In this document: piece by piece, positions 11,032 through 22,000 of the stretch
How positions within the stretch are numbered: position 1 is the first letter of the stretch
Layout: each line of letters begins with the position of its first letter
Assembly (NCBI GenBank): GCA_964016885.1
Contig: OZ024740.1
Coordinates: 428,668,001 to 428,732,000, forward strand
DNA length: 64,000 bases
Direction of reading: 5' to 3'
Origin: Eledone cirrhosa
Lineage: Eukaryota
Notes under the pieces: model-generated
The model's input: the letters and a program-made list of their open reading frames with translations, nothing else
Told to the model about the DNA's origin: nothing
The model's database searches: none
Program-made: the position numbers and the translations under genes

Positions 11032-14000
11032 TATTTCTTTATTAGCCACAGGGGCACAAAAGAAGGGGACAAATACAAAGGGGGAAGTTTACATACAATA
11101 AAAACGTGTAAAATGTTATCACAAATGCAATTTAAAAAGTTAATCGATTTTCCCCAATAGAGGAAGACAGTTCATATGGGTAACACATACCCCCGAAAAA
11201 AATGTGCAACCCTCATCTCCAGGAGTACGAAGAGTTTGTACTCCTTTCCTCTCCTCCTCCATTTCCTCAACCTACAGGCTGATATAGAGAGAAGGCCCAT
11301 TCACTCGGGCCATTCTCGCCACTTTCACCCACCTTTCATAAAACAGCACCTCTCTCTCCATCCTGATTTTTCTTCCAAAGTGGTATTTGAAAAAAAGAAT
11401 CAGTTGTTGGCCGGAGAGAAAGGTGTCTGACCTCAGCCCTTTCAACCTTGTCCACCATACAACCTCTTTCGCCATAGCTATCACACAAAGGAAAACCGCC
11501 TCTCCTTCGTTTTTGAAGGAGGGTGGCGGTTTGATCATGACAATGGACTCGGTGGTCAACTGGATTGGTCCCACCCGCGACAATAGTCGTTCTACATAGC
11601 CCCACAGGTCAGTGACGCCCGGGCAGTGTATGAATGCGTGCGCGACGGTTTCTTCGTTACGCACGCACCTCGGACAGATCTTTTTTGCAGGGTCCCTGCC
11701 CGGGCGCCCATGTCTGTAGAGCTTGTCTCGAACTGGTAGAGCTCCTCGGTAGCACTGCCAGGCCAGGGACTTTTGGAAGTTGTCCATCGGTCCCGGGCGG
11801 AAGGTCCTACCGAACAGACTGGCCAGTTCATCTTCCTCTACGCCTAGAGTTTCACCGAGCGCGTCGACGCACTTGCTGCGGACCGACCCTCTATAGAATG
11901 ACGAAGTGGAGTCTCCACTGATCGCCGGGTCCGCCTGCCAGAGGGCTGTGAGCGCCTGAGCACATTCGATGTGCCAGTCGCCCATTTTCCTCGGTCTTTG
12001 CTTGACCCAGGACTGCAGCTCGGTCAGCGAGACGAGTCGTGGGAAGGCTCGCCTCACGAACGGGGCCCACACCGGATGTCCGGTGAGGAATACGTAGAGA
12101 TGCCGCAGCCTGAGCGTGTGTTTGCGCATCGTCCACCACGGCATCCCCAGCCCTCCGTTAGAAGGGTGTTGGCAGCAGATGGATCTTCTCACCAAAGGAG
12201 CCCGCCTCTTCCAAAGGAATCGGAAGAGCGCGCGCTCCATTTTGGCGAGCGTTTTGGCTGGACAGGTCACGACGGTCAAGCGGTAGTAGATGGCGGACGC
12301 TATAAAAGTGTTCGCCACCTCCACTCGACCTTTCAAGGATAGTTTGCACTCGGCCTACTTCTGGGTGAGTGCAAACACCTTGGCCGTCACTTCGTTCCAG
12401 TTCTTCTCCACCTGGAGGTCCGGACCAAACCAGACCCCGAGTAGCTTTATCGGTCCTTCCGTCCAGCGTCCGACGGAAGGCATCCGTCTGCCTCTCCACG
12501 ATCCGAGTTGCAAACCGATGGACTTGTCCCGGTTCAGCTTCGCTCCTGTGACACTTTCGTATTCCTTCAGTAAGGTGCCGACTTCCTCGATTTGCGAGGC
12601 GCTCGACACCATTACTGTCACGTCGTCGGCGTAGGCCGACGCCGCTTTTCAGACTCCCGGTTCCAGAGGGATGCCCTGCAATAGCGCCAACTTCCGCAGT
12701 AGTGGCTCGAGAGTCAGTACGTACAGAAAGGAGGAGAGAGGGCATCCCTGTCGAATGGATCGCGTAATATGGAACGGCTCCGAGAGGTAGCCGTTCACCT
12801 TGACCCTTGAGCAGATGTTGCTGATGTGCATTGCAGCAATCCAACCCTTTAACACGGGTCCGAAGCCTGCTGCCTCGAGCACCGCATCCAGGTAACGATG
12901 GTCAACCCTATCGAAAGCCTTAGACAGATCCAAGTTGATCAGGGCCCCACCTAAGCCGGGTTTACAGCCTACCCTCTCTATGATGTATCGCATGAGGTGG
13001 AGGTTGTCGTGTATGGACCTAGTCGGGATTGCGCATGTCTGCGCTTCTCCCACCAGGTTCTCGACGACAAGCGCCAGCCTCTTTGCCAACACCTTGGCCA
13101 AAATATGTAACTCTGTGTTTAGCAGAGTTATGGGCCAGAAGTTTCCTATGTCATCCCCCTTATTCTCGTCCTTTCTGACTAGTGTGACTACGCCCCGGGT
13201 TACAGCACTGGGAATTATCCCGTTCTGTTGCCAGTTGCAGTAGACCGCTTCCAGGAGACCGGAGAATAAGTCCGGCATTGCTACGTAAAATTGGTAGGTT
13301 AGACCGTCGAGACCTGGAGATTTGCGTTTGTCGCATTGGCTCCTCGCGTCCCCTATCTCAGCGGCTGAAATCGGCTTTGCGCAGAAGTTTGCCTCGCTGT
13401 CCGAGAGCCGCGGTAGGCCGTCGAGGTATGGTCCGAAATCCATAGCCCCTCCCGGCGCGCCGCCCCGCCCGAACAGTCGAGCAAAGTGCCGCTGAAAGGT
13501 CGCACACATCTGCTTCGGCTCACGTTTCACGCGTCCGTTTTGGTCCTTCAAAGACCGAATCGGGGACTTGTTGCCAATTTTTGCCTCCGTCACTCGGGCC
13601 CAGCTAACAGCTTTGGCTCCTTCGTTTCCCAGAGCACGTATTTTGCTTCTGACAACGCAGCCCTCGTGCTTTGCGTCGAAGAACTGGTCCAAGGCCGTTC
13701 TCGTTGCTAGCACGCTGGCTACGTTGCCACTTCTAATTGCCTCTTCTACTTTATCTACCAGTTCCTTCTCGGTTCTATTTCTATCTAACGCTAATTCTTT
13801 ACTAAAAACTATCGAGTCTAATCTAACTGCCCTCTTGAGAGAGTACCACCATCTGTTGTTGACAATGGCCCCTGTAAAGTGCTGTTTAACTAAAGTGCTA
13901 ATCCGTCTACTGTAGGCTTTGCTTGTCGGTAACGACAAGTTCAGCTTCCAGTAGCCGGGTCCTTGTCTATGGGTTCTATCAAGGTTGGCCATGCAGGTCA

Positions 14001-14626
14001 CTAGTTTGTGATCTGAATAGGCAACCATGAACATTTGTGGACAGCTTAACATGTCCCTATCCTTATTTATAACTAGAACCCTATCTAGGTACGATCTAGA
14101 CGTTCCGCTGCGATTAGTCCACGTCCACAGTGGCACAGTCGGAAAATCTAGTCGATATCTATCGGCCAGGTCAAATCGGTCGATTAACTGTTTGAGGCTG
14201 TTACACCCCCCTCCTTTATCGGGACATGCTCCCACATAGTCCCAACATGCATCTAGAATCCCATTCCAGTCCCCCACTAAAAGCAAGGAGCGGGACGTTC
14301 CCAGAAAAGTCTCTAGACATTTGAAGAAGTCTGGCCGCGGTGTCCCGGATGGGGCATATGCGGCCACCAGCCTGAAGGCTCCACCTTCACTACCGTCAAC
14401 GTCTAGGACCACCAGTCGACCCTCCGGGTACAGATGTACCGTCTGTGTTACGAGGCCCAGATGCTTCCGCAGCAAAACGCCAACTCCGCCCCCACCCCGG
14501 TTGACAGAGAGATGCGTAGATCTCAAAGTCATCGAAGATGGGGGCCAGCTGTCGCTCGCTGTGGATCCTGGACTCGCAAATGGCTACCACAACCATACTA
14601 TGCGACCTGAGGTCGTTTAAGAGTTT
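11032..14626 (-). mobile_element. Tx1 copy C, 5'-truncated within the APE N-terminus
   Basis: Nearly complete ORF2 plus a 3'UTR ending GTGGCTAATAAAGAAATA(TATC)n. Confidence 0.9.
11272..14626 (-). pseudogene. Copy C ORF2 pseudogene
   Basis: ORFs 14596-14396, 14532-12649 (APE+RT), 12621-12355 (premature TAG) and 12336-11272 (Zn finger CPRCVRNEETVAHAFIHC). Confidence 0.88.
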
Positions 14627-15121
14627 TCCGACTGCGCCAACCTGGACTTGGGCAAATCGTAGCGGATCAACTAGGTCGTACCTAGATAGGTTCTTAGTTA
14701 GAATTAAGGATAAGGACTTTTTAAGTTGTCCAAAAATGCGGATGGTTTACTATTCAGACCACAAGTTAGTGTCCTGCATGGTCAACCTTGACAGAACTCA
14801 TAGACAGGGACCCGGTTACTGGAAGCTCAACTTGTCCTTACCGGCAAGTAAGGCTTACAGGGACCAGATTAGCACTTTAGTTAAGGAGCGGTTGACGGGC
14901 GCCATCGTCAACAGCAAGTGGTGGGGATCTCTCAAAAGAGAGATTAGAGTAGTCTCTATAGAATTTAGTAAGGAGTTAGCCTCTAATAGAAACAGGAAGG
15001 AAAGGGAGTTGGTAGATAGTGTAGAAGAGGCAATTAGAAGCGGCGACGTGGCCAGAGTGCTAGCGTCGAGAACGGCCCTGGGCCAGTTCTTCGACGCGAA
15101 ACACGAAGGCTGCATCGTCCG
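14624..15121 (+). mobile_element. Inverted Tx1 ORF2 fragment (APE C-terminus/linker) of the A subtype
   Basis: Plus-strand PTAPTWTWANRSGSTRSYLDRFLVRIKDKDFLSCPKMR...GPGYWKLN matches copy A (1579-1082) more closely than copy C. Confidence 0.88.
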
Positions 15122-15123
15122 TA

Positions 15124-15240
15124 TTAAAGGGTACGCGTGTCTGCGGAATGCTTATCCACTTTAATGTTAATTTCGCTAGCAGGCTGTTCCTTTGATCGGA
15201 TCAACTGGAACACTCGTTGTCGTAACCGACGGAGTGCCTC
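15124..15240 (+). mobile_element. 3' part of a SINE-like interspersed repeat
   Basis: agcaggctgttcc...gatcggatcaactggaac...gtcgtaaccgacggagtgcc resembles an octopus SINE as I recall it (not verified), followed by a TGTA-type tail. Confidence 0.55.
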
Positions 15241-15389
15241 CATGTATGTAAGTGTGTATGTATGTATGACAAAGGGCGGAAGAACTCATAAGAGTTAACG
15301 GCCATCCAAAAATGTGTAAATATGTATATACACATGTACACATGTATATGTATGTATATGTGCGGGGACATAAAAATAGTCGGGCTGGA

Positions 15390-15715
15390 CACCCGATCGC
15401 GCGATTAAACCACTGGGAATGAAGGACCCCTAGCCTTTGTCAAGGCATTCTTCTAGGAGAAGGCAACTCAGGAAACTGGGATATCTCCGACATAAAACCT
15501 GTGGCTCAGTAGTTACCGATGATGATGTTAATCTTTTCTTTTTTTCGGATTATAGCTACTGTCACTCAGAGAGTGGGATTGGCTCAGTGCACAGTCTTTC
15601 CTCACTTTAAAAAAATATTCACGCACAGGCATTGCACGATAGAATTAATTAATCATTATTAATAAAGTTATATCGTGCAATGGCCATACTCGATAACGAG
15701 GGGGCAGCCATCATA
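15390..15715. repeat. Probable interspersed repeat containing a 12-bp inverted repeat
   Basis: Complex block flanked by TATG microsatellites. cattgcacgata (15630-15641) and tatcgtgcaatg (15671-15682) surround an AT-rich spacer. Confidence 0.4.
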
Positions 15716-16503
15716 TATGTATGTATGTATGTATATATACGTGTGTGGTTTTGAGTTATTTCTCTTATCTTTATATATGTTATTATACTAAAATTAAAGT
15801 ACACTTTTTTATTGTTGCTCTGAAGAATCTAGCCTTGAGGTCTCGATTTAAATTTCATTTCTATTTTGTTAGATACTGACCGAGTTTGGGTCATTAATAT
15901 CCTTCACCGAATTTGTTATCCAGGTTTCAAGATATTTGAAATATTTCACATGTAGTTTGTCACTATTTGAGGTAATGATGCATGTTGGGTGTTTACAGTT
16001 TTTGTGTTGTTTACATGTAAGTAAATTAGCATAGCTACAATTTCTGCTTTTTAAGCAGTAATTAGCCTCTACTAATTAGATGTGATATCAACTCATTATT
16101 ATCTGTAAAATTTATACCTGTAACTGATCACTTATTTTAGTGAGTAGATTGGTCAGCTGCGGCTATTCTCATAATCTAAAGCTACAATAAAAAGGTAGGG
16201 TGACTGAGATCTCTTTGGAGAACTCCTGAGAGTATTTCAAAGACCCTTCGACACAGTCTGGTGAGAGTACTTGGGTAAATACAATTTATTGCAATGTAAA
16301 ATATCCAGCAATAACAGAACTGTATAATGTACATGGCAATAAGGTAACAACAAAAGGAAGAATATGTCCTTATATTGATGATATAATTTCTTTGGAACAA
16401 CATTTGATTTTAACATTTTCATAAGATTTTCGTATCCAAAGATTTTCTGAACTTCACAAATGTTAGTATTACTCTATGGGAACCTTCAAGAAAACGTCTA
16501 GTG

Positions 16504-16688
16504 CAGGGTTACCCAAACTTTTTCAAACGTGGAACCCTTTTTGGTTCAGAAACTTTGGGGGAACCCTAAAATCTAACACTGTTGTATGGTTGTAATATAA
16601 ATATACTCATCTACCTTTTTTCACGGAACCCATAGACTCCTTTGTGTAACCCTTTGATACCGCGCAACCTTCTTTGGGATGCACTAGA
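16504..16688. mobile_element. Degenerate hAT (Charlie-like) MITE
   Basis: Starts CAGGGTTACCCAAACTTTTT and ends TTTGGGATGCACTAGA. Internal GGAACCC repeats. Candidate 8-bp TSD gtctagtg (16496-16503) / ctctagtg (16689-16696). Confidence 0.55.
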
Positions 16689-17019
16689 CTCTAGTGGATC
16701 GCACAGAGCAAAATTCCTATGATCCGAGCAGGGCGATATCCCGTAAATATAGGCTGAAAGGACCCTCCTGTGTAGGAAGTGAACATATAGTGAAAGTTGT
16801 ATGAATCGAAACACTCAAGTTAGTTGTTATGGGAAAGAGATTTATTTACTCTCTGCACCAGCTCCCATCACAAGATCTGTAACCAAGTGGCTTAACGAAA
16901 GCTAATTATTAAGGCGACATTTTAAAGTAACACGATTCTCTCCTCATCTGTAAACCATTCGTGTCAGGAGATGATAATTCATTTTTTTAAAAAGATGTGT
17001 TTGCTGAAACGTTAAAAAT

Positions 17020-17280
17020 ATTTCTTTCTTCTTCCTCTTCTTCTTCTTCTTCTTCGTCGTCGTCTTCTTATTAATAATATGGTATAAAATCTCTCACTCT
17101 TTTATTATTATTGTTATATATCTTGTTGTTACCATCACCATCACCATCATCACCATCATCATCACCACCACCACCACCACCACCACCACCATCATCATCA
17201 TCATAACTGTCATCATTTTCGTTGTTGTTTTTGCCGTTATTATCATTATTATTGTTATTGTAGTTTCTTTTGCGGCTGCT

Positions 17281-17314
<34 letters not shown>

Positions 17315-17348
17315 ATGTTGTTGTTGTTGTTGTTGTTGCTGTTGTTGT

Positions 17349-17380
<32 letters not shown>

Positions 17381-17402
17381 TTGTTGCTGTTGTTGTTGTT
17401 GC

Positions 17403-17484
<82 letters not shown>

Positions 17485-17610
17485 GCTGTTGCTGTTGTTG
17501 TTGCTGTTGTTGTTGTTGCTGCTGCTGCTGCTGCTGCTGTTGTTGTTGTTGTTGTTGTTGTTGTCTTAGCAGCTGCTGCATCTGTTGCTGATGATAAAGC
17601 TGTTGGTGTA
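17020..17610. repeat. Trinucleotide microsatellite cluster (TTC, TTA, CAT/CAC, long TTG/CTG)
   Basis: Read directly. Confidence 0.95.
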
Positions 17611-17793
17611 GAGATAAGTTAGTTCTCAGAAATATAACTTTCTCCTGGTTTTATCTTTTAAATATCTCACCAATGGAGACCCGCTTTCTAACAGAAACAG
17701 TCCTGTTTCATTGCAGTTCAGACATCAACGATGTCTATGTCGGCCTCTATAGAGAGATAGCATTCATCGCTATATATGTTGTGTTACATATGA

Positions 17794-18343
17794 ACGAGGA
17801 TCGACTGAAAAGTTCATAGGATGACTAAGACACTCTCATGGAATGACCAAATGACGTTTAATTTTCATCATAGTTTCTGGTAAAAAGCAATGAAGTTATT
17901 AATGAGAAGAGTTGAAATTAATGCAGGCAAGATTTCACAGCTCTAGCATCACTCCTTCATAGGTTGACCAAGATACTCTCATGGAATGACTAAATGAGGT
18001 TTATTTTTCAATATAGTCCCTGGAAAGATTTCACAGTTCTAGCATTACTCCTTCATACGTTGACCAAGATACTCTCGTGGAATGACCAAATTAGGTTTAT
18101 TTTTCAACATAGTCCCTGCAAAGAAACAATGTATGTAAGATTTCGCAGCTCTAGCATTACTCCTTCATAGGCTGACCAAGATACTCTCGTGGAATGACCA
18201 AATTAGGTTTATTTTTCAACATATTCCATGGAAACAACTATGCAGTTATTATTAGGAAGGGCTGAAATTAATGCAGGCAAGATTTCAAAGCCTAGCACCA
18301 CTCTTTCATTTTCAGCCTATGAACGTTTCAAGCGACCCTCGTA
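17794..18343. mobile_element. Tc1/mariner-derived MITE with internal tandem subrepeats
   Basis: Imperfect TIRs acgaggatcgactgaaaagttcataggatga / tcagcctatgaacgtttcaagcgaccctcgta. Four copies of catagg(c/t)tgaccaagatactctc..ggaatgaccaaa at ~17815, 17958, 18054 and 18166. Confidence 0.75.
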
Positions 18344-18399
18344 AATGTGTCTCTGTCGATAGTTTTATATACGTGATTATTACTTATGGTATGTTTTAC

Positions 18400-18830
18400 A
18401 TAGCAAAACCTTCCACAAGTTAACATGTAATAATTGCACCTTCACTTGTTTCCTAACTAGCGTTGATTTTTCTTGTTCTGTGAAGCCCAGCTTCTCAATA
18501 TTTATACAGAGACAGTAATACAGTTCCCCAATGGTCACAGTTACAAATATAAAACTACAGGGGGAAGTATCCTCAGAAAGTTCTCCTCACTAATCTTTAA
18601 CAATATTTTAACATCTGCTGGGCAGATGATCTCCAGTTTTGAGCAAGCCCTCCTTTTTTGCTGTCTCATAGGATTATGTCTAATCTGTTATGTCTATATT
18701 TTACTAGAGGCTTGACAAGAACATTCCAGCAGCACTCCTTTATAGTATCTGTGAGTATGTTTTCCATATCACTGTAGCATTTTATATATTCTATCTTCAG
18801 GATTATCATATCTACTAATTGTAATATAAA
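18400..18830 (-). pseudogene. Decayed RLE (PD-(D/E)xK) endonuclease C-terminus of an R4/Dong/NeSL-like LINE, fragment 2
   Basis: Manual minus-strand translation across frameshifts: KECCWNVLVKPLVKYRHNRLDIIL*DSKK / ACSKLEIICPADVKILLKISEEN / SFIFVTVTIGEL...NIEKLGFTEQEKSTLVRK. Confidence 0.75.
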
Positions 18831-18844
18831 GTGTGTTGGTCACT

Positions 18845-19045
18845 AAATCATGCCTCAATAATCACAGGTACACATCTAAATGTATAATTAGAGTGGATCA
18901 TCAGAAAATTCCTTATTACTTCAGCAAAAATGTTCTCCTATTTGCTGATCCTTAGCATTATATTGATATCTGCTGAGCAGTTGATTTCTACTGCTGAGCA
19001 TGTCCCTTTTCTGTGTCTATATGACAATGTCTGGTATGTTATATC
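18845..19045 (-). pseudogene. Decayed RLE endonuclease fragment 1, contiguous with the satellite
   Basis: YNIPDIVI* then a frameshift to TCSAVEINCSADINIMLRISK*ENIFAEVIRNFLMIHSNYTFRCVPVIIEA. Paralogous to fragment 2. Confidence 0.75.
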
Positions 19046-22000
19046 TATATCACTATATCTGGTATGTTATATCTATATGACTATATCTGTTATATCTATA
19101 TCACTATATCTGGTCTGTTATATCTGTATGACTATATATGGTCTGTTATATCTATATCACTATATCTGGTCTGTTATATCTATATCACTATATCTGGCCT
19201 GTTATATCTATATCATTATATCTGGTCTGTTATATCTGATATGTTATATCTATATGACTATATCTGGTCTGTTATATCTATATCAATATATCTGGCCTGT
19301 TATATCTATGTCACTATATCAGGCCTGTTATATCTATATCACTATGTCTGGTCTGTTATATCTATATCACTATATCTGGTCTGTTATATCTATATCACTA
19401 TGTCTGGCCTGTTATATCTATATCACTATATCTGGTCTGTTATATCTATATCACTATATCTGGTCTGTTATATCTATATCACTATATCTGGCCTGTTATA
19501 TCTATATCACTATATCTGGTCTGTTATATCTATATCACTATATCTGGCCTGTTATATCTATATCACTATATCTGGTCTGTTATATCTGGTCTGTTATATC
19601 TATATCACTATATCTGGTCTGTTATATCTATATCACTATGTCTGGTCTGTTATATCTATATCACTATATCTGGCCTGTTATATCTATATCACTATATCTG
19701 GTCTGTTATATCTGGTCTGTTATATCTATATCACTATATCTGGTCTGTTATATCTATATCACTATATCTGGCCTGTTATATCTATGTCACTATATCAGGC
19801 CTGTTATATCTATATCACTATGTCTGGTCTGTTATATCTATATCACTATATCTGGCCTGTTATATCTGGTCGGTTATAACTATATCACTATATCTGGCCT
19901 GTTATATCTGGTCGGTTATATCTATATCACTATATCTGGTCTGTTATATCTATATCACTATGTCTGGCCTGTGATATCTATATCACTATGTCTGGTCTGA
20001 TATATCTATATCACTATGACTGGTCTGCTATATCTATATCACTATGTCTGGTCTGTTATATCTATATCACTATGTCTGGCCTGTTATATCTATATCACTA
20101 TATCTGGTCTGATATATCTATATCACTATATCTGGTCTGTTATATCTATGTCACTATGTCTGACCTGTTATATCTATATCACTATATCTGGTCTGTTATA
20201 TCTATATCACTATATCTGGTCTGTTATATCTATATCACTATATCTGGTCTGTTATATCTATATCACTATATCTGGTCTGTTATATCTATATCACTATGTC
20301 TGGTCTGTTATATCTATATCACTATGTCTGGCCTGTTATATCTATATCACTATATCTGGTCTGTTATATCTATATCACTATGTCTGGTCTGTTATATCTA
20401 TATCACTATATCTGGCCTGTTATATATATATCACTATATCTGGTCTGTTATATCTATATCACTATGTCTGACCTGTTATATCTATATCACTATGTCTGAC
20501 CTGTTATATCTATATCACTATGTCTGGTCTGTTATATCTATATCACTATATCTGGTCTGTTATATCTATATCACTATATCTGGTCTGTTATATCTATATC
20601 ACTATATCTGGTCTGTTATATCTATATCACTATATCTGGTCTGTTATATCTATATCACTATGTCTGGTCTGTTATATCTATATCACTATGTCTGGCCTGT
20701 TATATCTATATCACTATATCTGGTCTGTTATATCTATATCACTATGTCTGGTCTGTTATATCTATATCACTATATCTGGCCTGTTATATATATATCACTA
20801 TATCTGGTCTGTTATATCTATATCACTATGTCTGACCTGTTATATCTATATCACTATGTCTGACCTGTTATATCTATATCACTATGTCTGGTCTGTTATA
20901 TCTATATCACTATATCTGGTCTGTTATATCTATATCACTATATCTGGTCTGTTATATCTATATCACTATATCTGGTCTGTTATATCTATATCACTATGAC
21001 TGGTCTGCTATATCTATATCACTATGTCTGGTCTGTTATATCTATATCACTATGTCTGACCTGTTATATCTATATCACTATGTCTGGCCTGTTATATCTA
21101 TATCACTATATCTGGTCTGTTATATCTATATCACTATGTCTGGTCTGTTATATCTATATCACCATATCTGGCCTGTTATATCTATGTCACTATATCAGGC
21201 CTGTTATATCTATATCACTATGTCTGGTCTGTTATATCTATATCACCATATCTGGCCTGTTATATCTATATCACTATGTCTGGTCTGTTATATCTATATC
21301 ACTATATCTGGTCTGTTATATCTATATCACTATATCTGGTCTGTTATATCTACATCACTATCACTGGTCTGCTATATCTATATCACTATGTCTGGTCTGT
21401 TATATCTATATCACTATATCTGGTCTGTTATATCTATATCACTATATCTGGTCTGTTATATCTATATCACTATGTCTGGCCTGTTATATCTATATCACTA
21501 TATCTGGTCTGTTATATCTATATCACTATATCAGGTCTGTTATATCTATATCACTATGACTGGTCTGCTATATCTATATCACTATATCTGGCCTGTCATA
21601 TCTATATCACTATGTCTTACCTGTTATATCTATATCACTATGTCTGGCCTGTTATATCTATATCACTATGTCTGGTCTGTTATATCTATATCACTATATC
21701 TGGTCTGTTATATCTATATCACTATATCTGGTCTGTTATATCTATATCACTATATCTGGTCTGTTATATCTATATCACTATATCTGGTCTGTTATATCTA
21801 TATCACTATATCTGGTCTGTTATATCTATATCACTATATCTGGCCTGTTATATCTATGTCACTATATCAGGCCTGTTATATCTATATCACTATGTCTGGT
21901 CTGTTATATCTATATCACTATATCTGGCCTGTTATATCTGGTCGGTTATAACTATATCACTATATCTGGCCTGTTATATCTGGTCGGTTATATCTATATC

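Noticed and set aside
331-14620. Plus-strand ORFs overlapping the Tx1 units
   Set aside because: Antisense shadows of the minus-strand ORF1/ORF2. They recur only because the elements are paralogous.
14538-15164. 208-aa chimeric ORF as a domesticated gene
   Set aside because: It spans the inversion junction (antisense C + sense fragment + SINE) and lacks the N-terminal APE catalytic residues.
16180-16430. PYIDDIISL RT-like motif and short ORFs
   Set aside because: An isolated motif with no other RT motifs in frame.
17255-17581. PolyQ / polyL protein
   Set aside because: Pure TTG/CTG microsatellite with no flanking coding context.
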